64,000 nucleotides of DNA from Azolla caroliniana (taxonomy: Eukaryota > Plantae > Polypodiophyta): the NCBI GenBank assembly GCA_043228905.1, contig JBHGNT010000017.1, positions 5,518,001-5,582,000 of the forward strand. Reading direction: 5' to 3'. The notes under the pieces are model-generated. The model did no database searches and had not been told where the DNA came from. It was given only the letters and a program-made list of their open reading frames with translations. Positions 49,960 to 63,210 of this stretch are shown one piece after another (position 1 is the first letter of the stretch; each line of letters starts with the position of its first letter). The position numbers and the translations under genes are program-made.

Positions 49960-50400
49960 GACAGATAGACAAATAGATTATATTATCGTGTTCGGAGGTC
50001 AAATATGACCTATGAGACCAAAAATATTACATTTCATGTGATACGTGTGAAAGTGAGTAGTGACTCTCGATGTTCAAGAACTTTACCAATGGATGTTGGA
50101 ATTGAGAGTGCACATTGTGGTTGTGAGAGGAATTCATGGAAGGATTGGGCTCGGTCAAAGAGATGTGGAAAGCATGGTCGAATATGATCAAAGGCAAAGC
50201 ATTGTATCAAAGTGTGATACTCAAACTCGCGAACTTGTTTAGGGCAAAGTGTGCATAGCCGACCACTCTCATCACTTGTGCCCCAACGCCCTATCTCACA
50301 TCGCAATGCAATGTGAGCTAAGTCGTATGGAAGCAATGGTTCAAATGGTAGATAACTGTATGGGCTCTAACATGTATCGATGTGTACGGTTTCCCTATTC
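49960..50400 (-). mobile_element. Truncated non-LTR retrotransposon 3' end (RTE/RTEX-like), copy 1
   Basis: LRCEIGRW...RLCTLC...EFEYHTLIQC C-terminal zinc motif; (ATCT)n-like tail. Confidence 0.7.
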
Positions 50401-50401
50401 C

Positions 50402-50453
<52 letters not shown>

Positions 50454-50519
50454 AGAAGTGTTGTAACTAAGTGGATTTTACATACAATTAATATAATTGT
50501 GTGCTTTTACCCAAAAAAA

Positions 50520-51253
50520 GAGAGGAGATAGATAGATAGATTCTATTATCGTCTTCGGAGGTCAAATATGACCTATGAGACCAAAAATATTACATTTCAT
50601 GTGATACATGTGAAAGTGAGTAGAGACTCTCGATGTGCAAGAACTTTACCAATGAATGTTGCAATCGAGAGTGCACATTGTGGTTGTGAGAGAAATTCGT
50701 GCAAGGATTGGGCTCGGTCGAAGAGATGTGGAAAGCATGGTCGCATACGATCAAAGGCAGAGCATTGTATCAAAGTGTGATACTCAGACTCTCGAACTTT
50801 TTTAGGGCAAAGTCTGCATAGTCGGCCACTCTCATCACTTGTGCCCCAACGCCTCGTCTCACATTGCAATGCATGTGAACTAAGTTGCATGGAAGCAATG
50901 GTTTGAATGGCAGATAACAGGATGGGCTCTAACGTGTATCGAGTTGTACGGTTTTCCCATTCTACGAAGAATATGGTTTTGTAGTTAAGTGCAACATGTG
51001 TAGTATAATGTGTGAAGCACGAGCCTCCACATTTGTCCCATGTCATGATACATTGACGTTGCAGAAATGCCTCATTTACTGAGGAATCTAGTGATGCATC
51101 ATTAAGCAAGTGTCTTGCATCCCATCTACCAAACCATTTTTCTATACCTTGCATCCAACCGAAACACAAAATTTTGCTTTTATGTGTCTTCTCGATATTT
51201 TTGCTTGCTTCCCATGCAATTCTAGGAAGTCGATGTGAGGGACTTTTTTGGAC

Positions 51254-51256
<3 letters not shown>
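50520..51256 (-). mobile_element. Truncated non-LTR retrotransposon 3' end (RTE/RTEX-like), copy 2
   Basis: LPRIAW...LSSHALQCETRRW...RLCRLC...ESEYHTLIQC; (ATCT)n tail; shorter related fragments at ~51320-51445 and ~51575. Confidence 0.72.
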
Positions 51257-51298
<42 letters not shown>

Positions 51299-52148
51299 TT
51301 GAGATCCATGAGAGAGAGATAAATAAATAGTTCTTTTTAATCATTTTCGAAGGTCGGGTCTCACTTATGAGGGCAAAAACTTAACACTCTCACGTAATAC
51401 ATGTGAAAGTAAGTAGCCACTCTCAATGTTCAAGATCTTTACTTAATTGAGTTTCCTCCAAAGAGCCAACATTACTCATACTTTGACCTCCTACACTTAC
51501 AAGGGTCACTATCAAGTCTTGAGGAGTTTGCTTCCTCTTAGAGGACTAAGCAAGGAATTGGGGGATGTCACTGTTGTGAAAGTAAGTATTGACTCTTAAT
51601 ATTTAACAACTTTACTGATTGAGTTTCCTTGAAGGGAAGAACATTATTCATACCTTGGAGTTTCCCAAAAGGGACAAACTTTTCATAGGGTCATTACCGA
51701 GTCTTGAGGGGGTAACTTCCTTGCGGTGGACTAGCGACGGGATTATAGGATGTTACTCCCCAATTGCAAAGACCGAATCAAACATCAACACATAAAGCTA
51801 GTGACCTCTCTACTCCATGTAACCATGGAAGTCTCGAAGGGTTCTTAAGTTAATCTAAAATGAATATACACTTAATCACTACACTAATTAAGAAACATGA
51901 TTGTCTTAATTAATTATATAATTACTAAATAAGAAACATATGAGATGCATAAGTTTAATAGATAAATTTTAAGTGAAAAATATAAATATCTTGATTAATT
52001 AGTGTGGAAAAGCTACATGGAGGAAATTGGCTCCTAGTGGATGCAAAACTGAAAGAATGAGGCCACTTTTACATTATAGACTTTATTATGGTATACATTT
52101 TGATAACCCAAAGTTGGGTTCATTTGACATTGCAAGCCCATTAGTCAT

Positions 52149-52560
52149 TAGACATTCCTACCTAATAAAGGGTAATTCCTTATAAATAATAAAACAACTA
52201 GACATTCCTACCTAATAAAGGGTAATTCCTTGCAAATAATATGGGCTTAGTCATTAGACATTCCTACCTAATAAAGGGTAATTCCTTATAAATAATAAAA
52301 CAACTAGACATTCCTACCTAATAAAGGGTAATTCCTTACAAATAATATGGGATTAGTCATTAGACATTCCTACATTATAAAGGGTAATTCCTTATCAATA
52401 ATAAAACAACTAGACATTCCTACCTAATAAAGGGCAATTCCTTATCAATAATAAAACAACTAGACATTCCTACCTAATAAAGGGCAATTCCTTATAAATA
52501 ATAAAACAACTAGACATTCCTACCTAATAAAGGGTAATTCCTTACAAATAATAAAACAAC
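52149..52560 (+). repeat. Minisatellite of 8 units (50/56 bp)
   Basis: tagacattcctacctaataaagggtaattcctta... starts at 52149, 52199, 52255, 52305, 52361, 52411, 52461 and 52511. Confidence 0.95.
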
Positions 52561-52638
52561 CAGGTTTCTTACATACATTGGCCATGGATTTATAACCTCT
52601 CTTGCAACAATCACTTGTTTCAACCGATTGCAAATTAA

Positions 52639-52718
52639 TGACAATTGTGGGATTTGACCCCACGCCCTTTTGGATTGGAGCCTAAATCCAACACCTTAGC
52701 CAACTCAGCCAAACTATT
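52639..52718 (-). pseudogene. tRNA-Leu(UAG) pseudogene
   Basis: The minus strand aatagtttggctgagttggctaaggtgttggatttaggctccaatccaaaagggcgtggggtcaaatcccacaattgtca aligns to plant tRNA-Leu(TAG) mostly through C>T/G>A changes; the T-loop GTTC has become GGTC and the acceptor stem is broken. Confidence 0.85.
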
Positions 52719-53499
52719 TAATGAAGATTTGTATAAAAGACATGATGAGTTTGTCAATATTAAAGGTGCAAAGGTAGAAATGGATAGTAAGGATATTTTG
52801 GGATCTTTTCTTGATTTCTTTGATAGAGGGGTCTTATTGTTTTCATGGAGAAAATACCCTTTCTTACGAGGGTTAAACCATCGTTACATTGGGTAACAAG
52901 ATGATTGCATTCTTGTGAGTTTTGTGAGGTTGTTTTGGTATTGCAAGAGTATAAAGAAAATTTACTCAATAAATTGCATGTTTTTTATGAAAGAAGTGTA
53001 GTTCATATTGTTCCTCTAAGGCCACTAGTGGAGTACCATGATATATATAAGAGACCAAATTATTGAGTCAAGAGTGGGATCAATTTGAGAAATACATGAA
53101 AATTGATTAAGGGAGAGGAACATGATTATACCTTTCAATTGATTCAATATCAAGATGCTTACAATAGGTTGGATTGAATATATTCTAAAGCGTTTTTACC
53201 AGAAAATTTAGGATATTTTCAGATTATATCGGATAATTTTCCATTAAATTTGGATTCATGGACCATTCAATTAGCTCTAGGAAAATTGTCGTTGATTTTT
53301 AGTTCATCGTTTTTGGATCATGAGGTCTTCAATGCCTATATGTGTCACTTGCTTGATGTATTTATTTATTGTGTTCAGTTTGTTGGCTATTAAGCATGGA
53401 AAGTGTTTGTTGCAAATGTTCAAAAGTTAATTAGATTTTATGGAATTCATCATGTCTTTAGAAGGAGAAAGAAATAGAGGAGGTGAAGGCTCACAATGC

Positions 53500-54130
53500 A
53501 AAGGTTGGTAAGCGAAGGTTCATTCTTCTTACCACCACGTCACATTCTCACTCTCTCACACACAACAATGATAGGGGTGGTTAACACTCCATTAGTGTTA
53601 ACCACACGATATTGGGGCGTCAAACACTTAACACTAATAAAACAAGATTTAGGACCCAAAATCACTTGTTTAGACAAGGATGAGTCTTTTTACAAAAGGG
53701 TTAACCAAATATTACCAAGATTACAATGGTTTTTACAAGATTAATAACAAGAGAAATGACAAGGCGCAATCAAGCTTCTAGTGTAGATCCGAGTTTGCTA
53801 GTGTTGCCAAGACCTCAACTACTATCGATAATAATGACTCCTCTTGTTGGAATAGTGTTTTCAAGACACTTCCTCCTACAAACGATGTGCAAATGAACCA
53901 AACCTTTTTCTCCAAAGACACTGATATGCAACGCCCTCAGTGCTGGAGACAAAGACCAAAAAAACCAGGAACTCAAAGCAAGGGTAGAGAAGAAGTGAAA
54001 ATTAATGAAAAATTATTCCTTAAATGTGCAAATCCTCAAAAGATTAACCTCCCAAAATGCCAAACTTTGTACCCCTTGTATATAAACAACAACACTAACC
54101 ACTAGGCCATTTACTTCTTATTTTAATTTT
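53500..54130. mobile_element. Possible LTR remnant with a 12-bp perfect hairpin at ~53577-53605
   Basis: gtggttaacact-ccatt-agtgttaaccac; LTR-like composition; termini not identified. Confidence 0.3.
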
Positions 54131-56381
54131 ACTAAATGTTTACTATGTAAATTATTTATTTCCTTGAGTAATTAGACTCAAAATTCATGTAGAGATGAGA
54201 GTATACGTCGAATAAATGGATATTGGACTAAACTCTTGGGAGGGTTGTTTTTCACTTGCACATTTCTGAAAAAGAGAAAGCCAAGCATAAACCAAGTCGA
54301 ATATTATCTTCAATAACTCCAACAAAGCAATTTTCCACATAGATTTCACCATGCTTCCTTCAATATCGTCACTTTTGTACATAGCCAAGTGTGATCATGC
54401 ATTCATAATTCTAGGAAGTACACCACATAGCTTGTTCCTTATTGAAATTCAACGTAATCTGTGCTCCTTGGATTTGATATGACCTCCAAGTTGTCATCGA
54501 TGTCACTCAATATCCCTTCCAACTAGGAATTGTCTCATTTTGTACTTTCAAATTGTGAAGTTCATTCTAACAACCTTCTCATAGGGAGAGAGCTTTTCAT
54601 TTGCATCTTGTTGATTGCAATTTCTTCTTCTCTTCTTCTTGCTTTGATCTTCAGAATATTGAATGTGGTAGAGCTCTTCCATGCACAAGTTATGTAGATG
54701 CACTACATTGATGCATATGAACTAGTTCTTGAACTATGCCATCAAGAACAAAACACATGCAATAAAAAAGCTATATCAATGAATAATACTATATATAAAC
54801 AACTACACATCAAAGATAAAACAACATAGAAAATAGAGAATCAACAAAGGAGTTGAACAACATGCAGGACAGAAGTCACCTCCATCACAATAGCTTTTGC
54901 CACATAAGTCCCTAGTAAATATAACAAATATTACCACAATGTGATTTGGGCTTCTCAAAGATTCAAGAAACATTGGGTAGGGTCACATTATATTGGCTTG
55001 TTGTGGTGCTCAAACACTCATCTCTTGAATTACGGTGAATAGAAATTTAAAGAAGCGAAAATTGGGGGGTTTCGAGCATCGCAAACAAGAACTAATCTCT
55101 CTTAGGCATTGTGTTCTAGGAAGCAACACATGCAAGAGCACATGGCACAACCTTTATTCGTGATCAAGTTAGAAGCACCAAAAAAATTTGACTTGAAATT
55201 CATTACGCTTGTTGACTAGGAGTGTGTCATGATCGATAGTCTTAATTTCATGGGACTTAATTATGGTCAATCGCCAACCTTACAACTCCCCTCCCCAACA
55301 ACAAATAGGCATAAATGCTTAATAGATCCAACAGTTGTAGATAAGATGGTTTAGAAGTTTAAACTTCAATAAGACAACAATAGATAAGTGGTTACACTTC
55401 TTGGCATAGGTGCTTCACTCAATTAGGAGCACCCCATCAAAAAACAAGACCCAATTGAGATGTCACATTGAAGGAAAAATGTACCTAAATTATATTTTCT
55501 AGGTCTCATAATATCATCTTATTATTATTTACACCTTATGAACTAATTATATTATTGTAATTATCTCTTCTACTCCAAATTGAAGTTGGGATGATTTTTG
55601 GGGGTATTCCACTTGCAGTAGAAACTCTTGTGCTCACTACAAAAAAATTTGACAAATACAAAACTTCCATCAATAATGCATGCACAAGCATAAAAAGATA
55701 GCAGGTGGGCAATGCTTTTATTGAAACCCTACATATAGATACATGTGAACAAGCAAGAAATGATCACCAGTACTACGGGCTTCTCTTTGTTCCAACAAGC
55801 CCAAAGATTTACAGACTCTTTTCAAGCAAAGGGGTCTTTGCCAAATCATTGTTCATATTCATGTTTAGAAATGCCACTCATCTCTATAAATTAAAGGAAG
55901 GTTTGAACTCCAAATATAGTTTCTATAAAAAGAAGCTACTGTAAAGAGCTACTATGCCACAAATAGATATACAGTAATTATACATAACCATATTTACAGC
56001 CATGTGAAAATGGCAACTCACTATCCACTGAACTTAGATACTTATAAAAATGACCACCTTTTGATTACCCATATGCTTTCATCATGGCATGCCTCTCTAC
56101 AATGACATCCCACATTGTGTGCCCAAAGCATATAAAAGAAAGACCAAATATATACCATAACCATTAGCATATAAGGAAGGTCTAGTTAAAACTAACATCC
56201 CCTTTCAAAACACTGAGAATGTTATTACAGTGCTTTGCAAAGATGTAGTACATTGCTTCGTCATTATATTTTGTTGCTGTATAATTATGTCAGTTTTCCA
56301 CAAACTGCATTCAAGTGAAGTGAAGAGAGAGCTAGTTTTTATCATAGGAAAACAAATCATCTAATTTATTGCCCAATTTCT

Positions 56382-59300
56382 TCAGTAAAAGAAACCTAAA
56401 AGTTGACCTCCGACACGTTTCTTCTGAGCTTCTTCATGGTCCATTATGCCTTGTGATGTGGTAACTACCACATAACCAAACTGCAGCACAATATATATTT
56501 ATATGTGTAAATAATTCTCAAATTTCAAATGCATTTTGAGCACACAGTTATACATTGAGAAAAGAAAAGAAATGAAAAAAACCCAAATGATTAAAACAAA
56601 AGTGAATAGGTAATGCAGAAAAAGCTAATAAAAATAAACACCATTATCAAGAAAAGGTCGCAAAGTTATTCATTATCTAGATTACTGGAGCTACTCCTTA
56701 ATACATGTACATCATTATCATTAAAAAAAAGAAACTACTAGTTTGAATCACTCCAATGGAAACTAACATGGTTTTAGCTAGAATATGTACATACAACTTC
56801 CCAACAACAGAGGATAGGATAAAGCTCATATCTAGTAAATTCCTGTTTTCTTTCCTGTTACCAACTCAAATATACTTTTGAGCAGCTGATTTTCAATTTG
56901 ATGATAAATGCTTGAAAAGCCAATTCGAGAAACCGAATTATTCGTATGCTTGACACTGAAATATATGGAAGTTTGTATATCTCTGCATATTATGATCCCA
57001 CTTAGGAAACAATTGTCAAAGTCCAATGATAAAATCCACAAATTTCTTGTTTGGGGCTTTGAGATAAAGAGACGAGTGCTCTGAAACATTAAGGTGAAAG
57101 ACTTGGATGGGCTCTGATGAGATGATATTATAACATCCTCAAAAAATCCCATTATTTCCACATTTCTTATTAGTCTTTAACATAATAAGATGAAAGACTT
57201 GGAAGAAAAATACGTTTCCTATCAATAAGCATCTCAAGATAGCTATCATTCTTGAGAGTGTCATTTTTATTGGTACTGTTCCCGATAGCAGGCGGGCATA
57301 CACATTTGACTCACAGGAAATTTTGGCCTTTAATAGATATTAAACAGTATTCGTTTCTGTCTTTCTTTCCTCTCTCTTCACCTCCATGTTATCACTGGTG
57401 TATGTACTGGCAATCATTTGGAGTACGTGATGAGGGAGTTCACACTGTTACATTTTACAGTAGAAAGACCATTCTTTTTTCTTTTGGCAGGAAACCCTAC
57501 ATGCAAAGGATCTTCTCAATCTTTTATCTCTTTCTTTATGGCCATCTTTTTCCATCATAACCTGCATTTTTCTCCTCCCTCCTCCCTCCTTCCTCCCTCC
57601 TCCTTCCTCCCTTACCCCTTTGCTTTAATTACCACTCTTTTTCTGCCAAATAGGATGGTCTAGCTCATGAAACCATCAATTTATTAAAGAATCGGTTTTT
57701 CGCATGAAAGGAGAGAAATGTACTCTGAAATGTTCTGTGGGTTCTAGATTACAGGATACATCCTTTACATGGCTTCAGGATTCATGGCGTCACAAGTAAC
57801 GGTGCTTGGTTTAGAGGTTTCATTCCATAAAATATGGATCAGTTTCACAAAATAAATAGACGCATAAATAATGAATCAATACATGAACATAATGAAGGCA
57901 CATAATATATATACATATTCAAGGATTTGCTTCGAGCTTTAAAAATCGGTCCATACTTGATATATTTTAGAAAATTGACCTCAAAGAAATCCAAAGCAGA
58001 AATTTTCAATCTTAACCCTGTGATCTTTCATGACTTCGAAGAAATTCAAAGACTATAAACTTCAGTACTTTGCAGTTTCTAGTTTAAGTTTCAATATTTA
58101 GCCCTATGAGCTTTTCGTTCTGTTATGTATACAATATTCATATTAGATGAAATCAGGAGAGTAATTATTGCGGATCTCATAGAACACTTTATTACAATCA
58201 TATGGCCTCTTATGATCAGATTATGATTGTACACTCAATTAATTTGTGGATAATTACAAGGCTGGATGAATGACACATTATATTCTTTGAATAATGACGT
58301 GGAATTTAGCCTCTACATGCAACTATTTACATCATTAGTCTAACACTCTAGTTTTTATTGAAGTTTTCCTATATCTTGGATGTGGGAGAATCCAATTAAT
58401 CAAAACTCTATTGATGTTGTTGATAATCTATCCATTAATGGATGAATCTGCATTTTCATGAATAATCAATGTATATCCCTTTCCACAGAGGATCAAATTT
58501 CTTTCTTCTATAGATGAGGGTAGTGCACACCTAGTTTGGCAAAGAAATGACCTTGTTTCTTACAAAACCAATGGTCTAATGAGAAGAACAATAAATAATT
58601 TTCAGGAACAATCAACTATATTTGCAACAAGATTTAAGTTTACAAAAAAACCAGGGATCTCACTTGTTTCATAGGTAGAAGCCGATCAGTCCACCACTTA
58701 ATTTTTGACACCCCAACTTCATATCGAGGTGTGCAAGCCCCAACCTTGTTTAACCTTCCATGGAGTTCCACATGTAATCTTCCCACTCTTCCTTCTTCTT
58801 CTCTTCTAATTTCACCAACAAAACCTGATGAATCCAATATAAAAAAATGAGCTAGACACAGTGTGTGTTTTCAATAATAAAAAATTGTTCTTTAAAAATC
58901 AGTCAAGTGTCCTTTTCATGCAAGAATCACATCAAAATTCTTGATAAGATACAAAAGAAGAAACTTTTGGTGGAAAATTTACGAACTGCAAGGGAAATGT
59001 AAATCTGAGCTGAATTTTCGTTTTCATACTGAAATAATAGGGCATTATGTGAAACACTACAGATTTTTAGGCATTCAAAAAAAATTATTACATTTTCTAT
59101 GACAGTTTGTGAATGAAGATATCTTATTCCTTAACACACCAAAGATTAAGGAAATCATAAAGCAATAAGAAATTATTAGAATGTACCTTAATTTTGTATG
59201 GGCTAAGAGGAAATTTTACATATTCTATGCATCTTTTATCAGGATCACCATAGTTCATTCAGATCTTGCACATTTTCATCAGATGCTGTATATGTTGGCA

Positions 59301-59822
59301 ATCAGAAAGTCCACAATTCACTCAATATTTTAGTAAACGTGGGCAAATGTCTTTCAACATGTTAAGACAAATGAATGAAAAGGTTAAAAACAGAGATAAT
59401 GACGGCATCATGGATTTCTTCACAAGAAATGGTGTATAAAAGACCTAGAAAACCAGATTTACGTAATAAATGGGAAAATACCAGTATCATAGCGAACGAA
59501 AAAAGAACAATTAAAATAAATCGAGGCATAAAACAACTAAAAACAATAAGCGAATGATGAAGTGCTTCATGATCAATGAAGTATAGAGAAAGACAAAGGA
59601 CAATTTTGACAGAACAAAAAGACGGAAAGGAAATAAAATGAGAGAGAGAGAGAGAGAGAGATAAAACGATGAGAGAAGAGATTAAATACCATGTTTCTGC
59701 ATGACAGCGAGGAATTGTTGGAGGAGATTAGAAGTGGGCTGAAGCACAACCTGTCTCTTGCATCGTCTCTCTGCATTGAACATGGACCTGAGGGCATCGT
59801 TCAGCACACTGCTCCTTCCCAT
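56382..59822 (-). CDS. RPS15A: Ribosomal protein uS8/S15a, divergent paralogue (130 aa, 3 exons)
   Basis: Exons 59822-59690, 58824-58664, 56480-56382 give [29 protein letters not shown]...[16 protein letters not shown]...[38 protein letters not shown]. Confidence 0.94.
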
Positions 59823-59864
59823 GCCGCCTCCTTCACCTTCGTCTGTTTGTTGGTTTTTACCTGC

Positions 59865-59872
59865 TAGGGTTT
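59865..59872 (-). promoter_or_regulatory. Telo-box upstream of the RPS15a ATG
   Basis: AAACCCTA on the minus strand ~45 nt before the start codon. Confidence 0.65.
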
Positions 59873-60184
59873 GGTGGGAGGGGTTTTCTCAGGGTTTTCT
59901 TTGGAAACACCATGTCCCTTGTGTGTGATGGTGCCATGATCTTAACTTGAAGCATACCCCTGGGTTTTCATTAATTCCCATGAAAATGCCCCTGAGTTTT
60001 TTTCCCTTTACCATTGTAATTCATAGTAGTAGTACCACACTCATTTTTGTTAAGTCATTCGGAGACAGTTCGGATCTCCAGCTCGAAACCTCACCCTTTC
60101 CCTGCCTGTTGGGACAACGTGCCATCCAGCCCGGCCGACCACTCTGAAACCTTGCTTGCCGACCACCCTGTTTGTCGTTGTCTG

Positions 60185-60470
60185 CCTCGACTCCCACCAG
60201 ATCCAAGAAAAAGCAAACGCAAAAAGTTTCACGCGTTCGTCTCTAGGTCGATGACCTATATGCATTCGAAGATGCTCGAAAATCAACCCAACCTCTTTGG
60301 ATGTCGTTGAGTGACGACCTTGGGCTTTGGGGGAGGGCTCATCTAGACTCCACCTGTTGCTAGATCGAAAAAAACAAACGTGAAAGTTTCATGCGTTCTT
60401 CTCTAGTGATGATCTATGCATTCGAAGAAGCCTGAAACCAACCTAACCTCTTGGATGTCATCGAGTGAAA
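60185..60470 (+). repeat. Diverged ~160-bp tandem duplication upstream of RPS15a
   Basis: agatc...aaagtttca(c/t)gcgttc...atgcattcgaaga...aacctc..tggatgtc..gagtga occurs twice. Confidence 0.7.
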
Positions 60471-61994
60471 AGTAAGTTGTAACTCCGAAAGATTGAGAAG
60501 AATATTATAGAGCTTTTTGTCATGACCTTGGGTTGGGCATTCATCATATCAACACTCCCCTAGCACTTTGATGTCATTAGCTAACACGTTTATGCGATTC
60601 TAAAAAGTTTGGAACCCCCGCTTTAGGGGACTTGTTCACACATCCTTCAAACTACTCATCATGTGGTTGTACATTAGGCTCAAGAATCCCCTAGCTTTTC
60701 CTAGTTGCTTCAATGCAAATGGATTAGACATAATCATGACCTAGAAGGATGTTAATCCCCTTACTATGAGACTACCCATAGAATTGAGCCTAGTCTGGAT
60801 ATAATCACAAGCTAGGTGTTTTATTCACCAAAACTCCTTTGGAGTCCCCAAATGTATGCATGTCATTGGATAAAAACTATTGTGAACCCCTTAGTTCATG
60901 ATGGCATTCATATTAGTTTCCATCATTAGGACTAGTTCACAACATTGGGATTAGTTATGTTGTGGGTTTTTGACTTTCTTGAGGACAATGGTGCTAGTCA
61001 AAATATTTGAAATGCCTTGTTATGGAAAATTAGAGCCAGTTTCATTATCTGAACATGAGTCAATTTGGATTTCTTTCCTACAAGGCTGATGACTTGAAAC
61101 TCTTAGTATTGCGAGAGTATTCATAGCATCATACTACTTCACATCCTTGAAATTGCTCATGATGTGGCCATTTGTTGGTTCAAAAGTCCTTCAAAATTTG
61201 GACATTGTTTGATGAAATAGTAAATTGTGACCCACAAGGTTTGGAACCCCTATGTATCATTTCAAAGGAAGCAATATCCCATATTTGAAATATGGCATAA
61301 GGTTAGTAACTAAGCACATTAACATGGATAGAGATAGGAGACAATAGATGTAAGTGAACTTAAGGAGTTATTGGGAATTGCCGCACTATATGTCACAACC
61401 ACCAACCAAGGTAGTATGGCGGTGCAAGAATGGTTGGATTGCATAGTCTACTTTTGAATTCCTCTATATCTTAGAAATGTTAATTTTATGGGGAAAAATA
61501 TATATTTATTTACAGGGGAAAAGGCAGAGTTCTTGCTCTCACACTTGTGTATTCTATAAAAAGGGTTCCCCATTATTGATCTTTGTAAAGAATCGATGAT
61601 GATTCTTGTGCAGCGGAATAGATGTGTGTTATGTGCATATATGTATGAGAGGAAAAGAGAGGGGAGAAAAGAGAACTCAAGATAGATAAATGAGAGGAAA
61701 AGAGAATACTCAAGAAGGTGTATATTTCACAAGTAGAATAAGATATACAAAATGTAGCATAACAAGGAGTCACAACCGACTTAGTATGAAGTGTGAGGAG
61801 GGTGCTTTATACATAGTCACCCTCTCTCTTCATTAACTAACTACAACAACCACTCTCTCTCTTGGGGAATGTGAAGACTCATAATCATGGGGAATATGTA
61901 ACTCATTAGTTATGTGTCATAGAATATGATTCTATGACACATAGTTAATGTGAAGAGAGTAGTGGTGTGACTCTTGACCTTTGAGTAATCATAG

Positions 61995-62662
61995 TGTGAA
62001 AGTGTTTTTAGAATTCAAGGTATTGAAGTCTACAAGAATATAAGGTATGGTGCGTTCACATCCGGAGGGCAAGATCACGAGCTAAGGTCTTGAGGATAAG
62101 TCAAACAAAAAGCAAGTCACGTGGAGAAAAGTAAAAGAAGAAAAAAGCGGGCACCAAAATGCAGTCTACAACGAACGCTCATAACTCATTCGTTTGGAAG
62201 CCAAATATAATGTGTAAATATGGGTTGGAAAGTTTGTGAAGAGAGCTATCCGTAGCTTTTTAAAACTCTAAATTTGGAGCATGGATGAGGGAGATATGAC
62301 GATTAGAAGATCGTTGTGTCATAGCTAAGAATAGGAGATGGAAAAGCTGTAAAAAAAGCGTGGAAAAGAAAGCAAGCGAAACTTATCTACTAGAGGAAAA
62401 CTTCATATAAAGCAAGAAGAGTGAGGTGGTGAGGGGAGTTTTTTTTCTTGTGGTGTTTTTTCTTGCCTATTCATGTAGTGTGTTTTTTCTAGTGATCAAT
62501 TCATCTTTGTAGGCTTGAGTTTATGTATCTTCTTTCTCTTGTTTCTATGATCATCACTCCTTATTAATATATCTTTGTAGATTTGGGTTTCTATATCTTC
62601 CTTCTCTCTCTTTTCTATCATCATCTCTCTTTTCACATAGATTCTCAAAAGGTGTGTTCACA
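61995..62662 (+). mobile_element. Possible solo LTR (TGTGAA...TTCACA) interrupting a copia 3' LTR
   Basis: 6-bp inverted termini, TATATAA at ~62405; no matching TSD. Confidence 0.4.
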
Positions 62663-62865
62663 CGATGTGTTATGTTGAGCTTAATTCTCAACACGCCCCC
62701 TCAAGCTCAAGTCGGGTTGGTTCCTTTCTATTGATGTCCACTTCGGTTGGTATCCGGTTCGGACAATCTCCGGCGTCTGCTTTGGCTCGTACCCGGTTCG
62801 GACGATATCCGGTTCTCACTTGTACTCCCCTTCAAGCTTGGCAAGTCAGGGATCGTCAATCCAAG
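62663..62865 (-). mobile_element. 3' end of a minus-strand copia (end of pol, PPT, start of LTR)
   Basis: LGLTIPDLPSLKGS, then PPT GAGGGGGCG and TGTTGAGAATTAAGCTCAAC starting at 62693; the LTR may continue towards ~61584. Confidence 0.7.
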
Positions 62866-63173
62866 TGTTGAGCGGCAAGCTCAACCGGAGCCGGATCGGC
62901 TGAATAAGCCGGAGCCGGTAAGCGAAACGGATCGGTATTACGGTGAGCAACCGAACCGGCAAGCAGTGGAGGCCGGTGCAATCCGTAAACGGGAGTCCAA
63001 TCGGAAGCCTAGTATAGGATAGACTACCAGGTAGCTATAGTCTCGTAGTAAGTGTCAGATGCTCGTGTGAGCATTGAAGTACATGGTACTTCTGTCAGTC
63101 TCAAGAGGACTTGTATAAATAGTGCTACTTAGCACAGTGTGCGTACGAAGTCTTGATATAATTTCGAACTTGT

Positions 63174-63210
<37 letters not shown>

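Noticed and set aside
52149-52560. CRISPR-like array
   Set aside because: Inter-repeat segments recur rather than being unique spacers, there are no cas genes, and the context is eukaryotic; it is a minisatellite.
59229-59286. Intronic C/D snoRNA in RPS15a (minus strand TGATGA...CTGA with a 6-bp terminal stem)
   Set aside because: Only ~58 nt, imperfect box geometry and no rRNA complement that I can recognise; would need snoscan.
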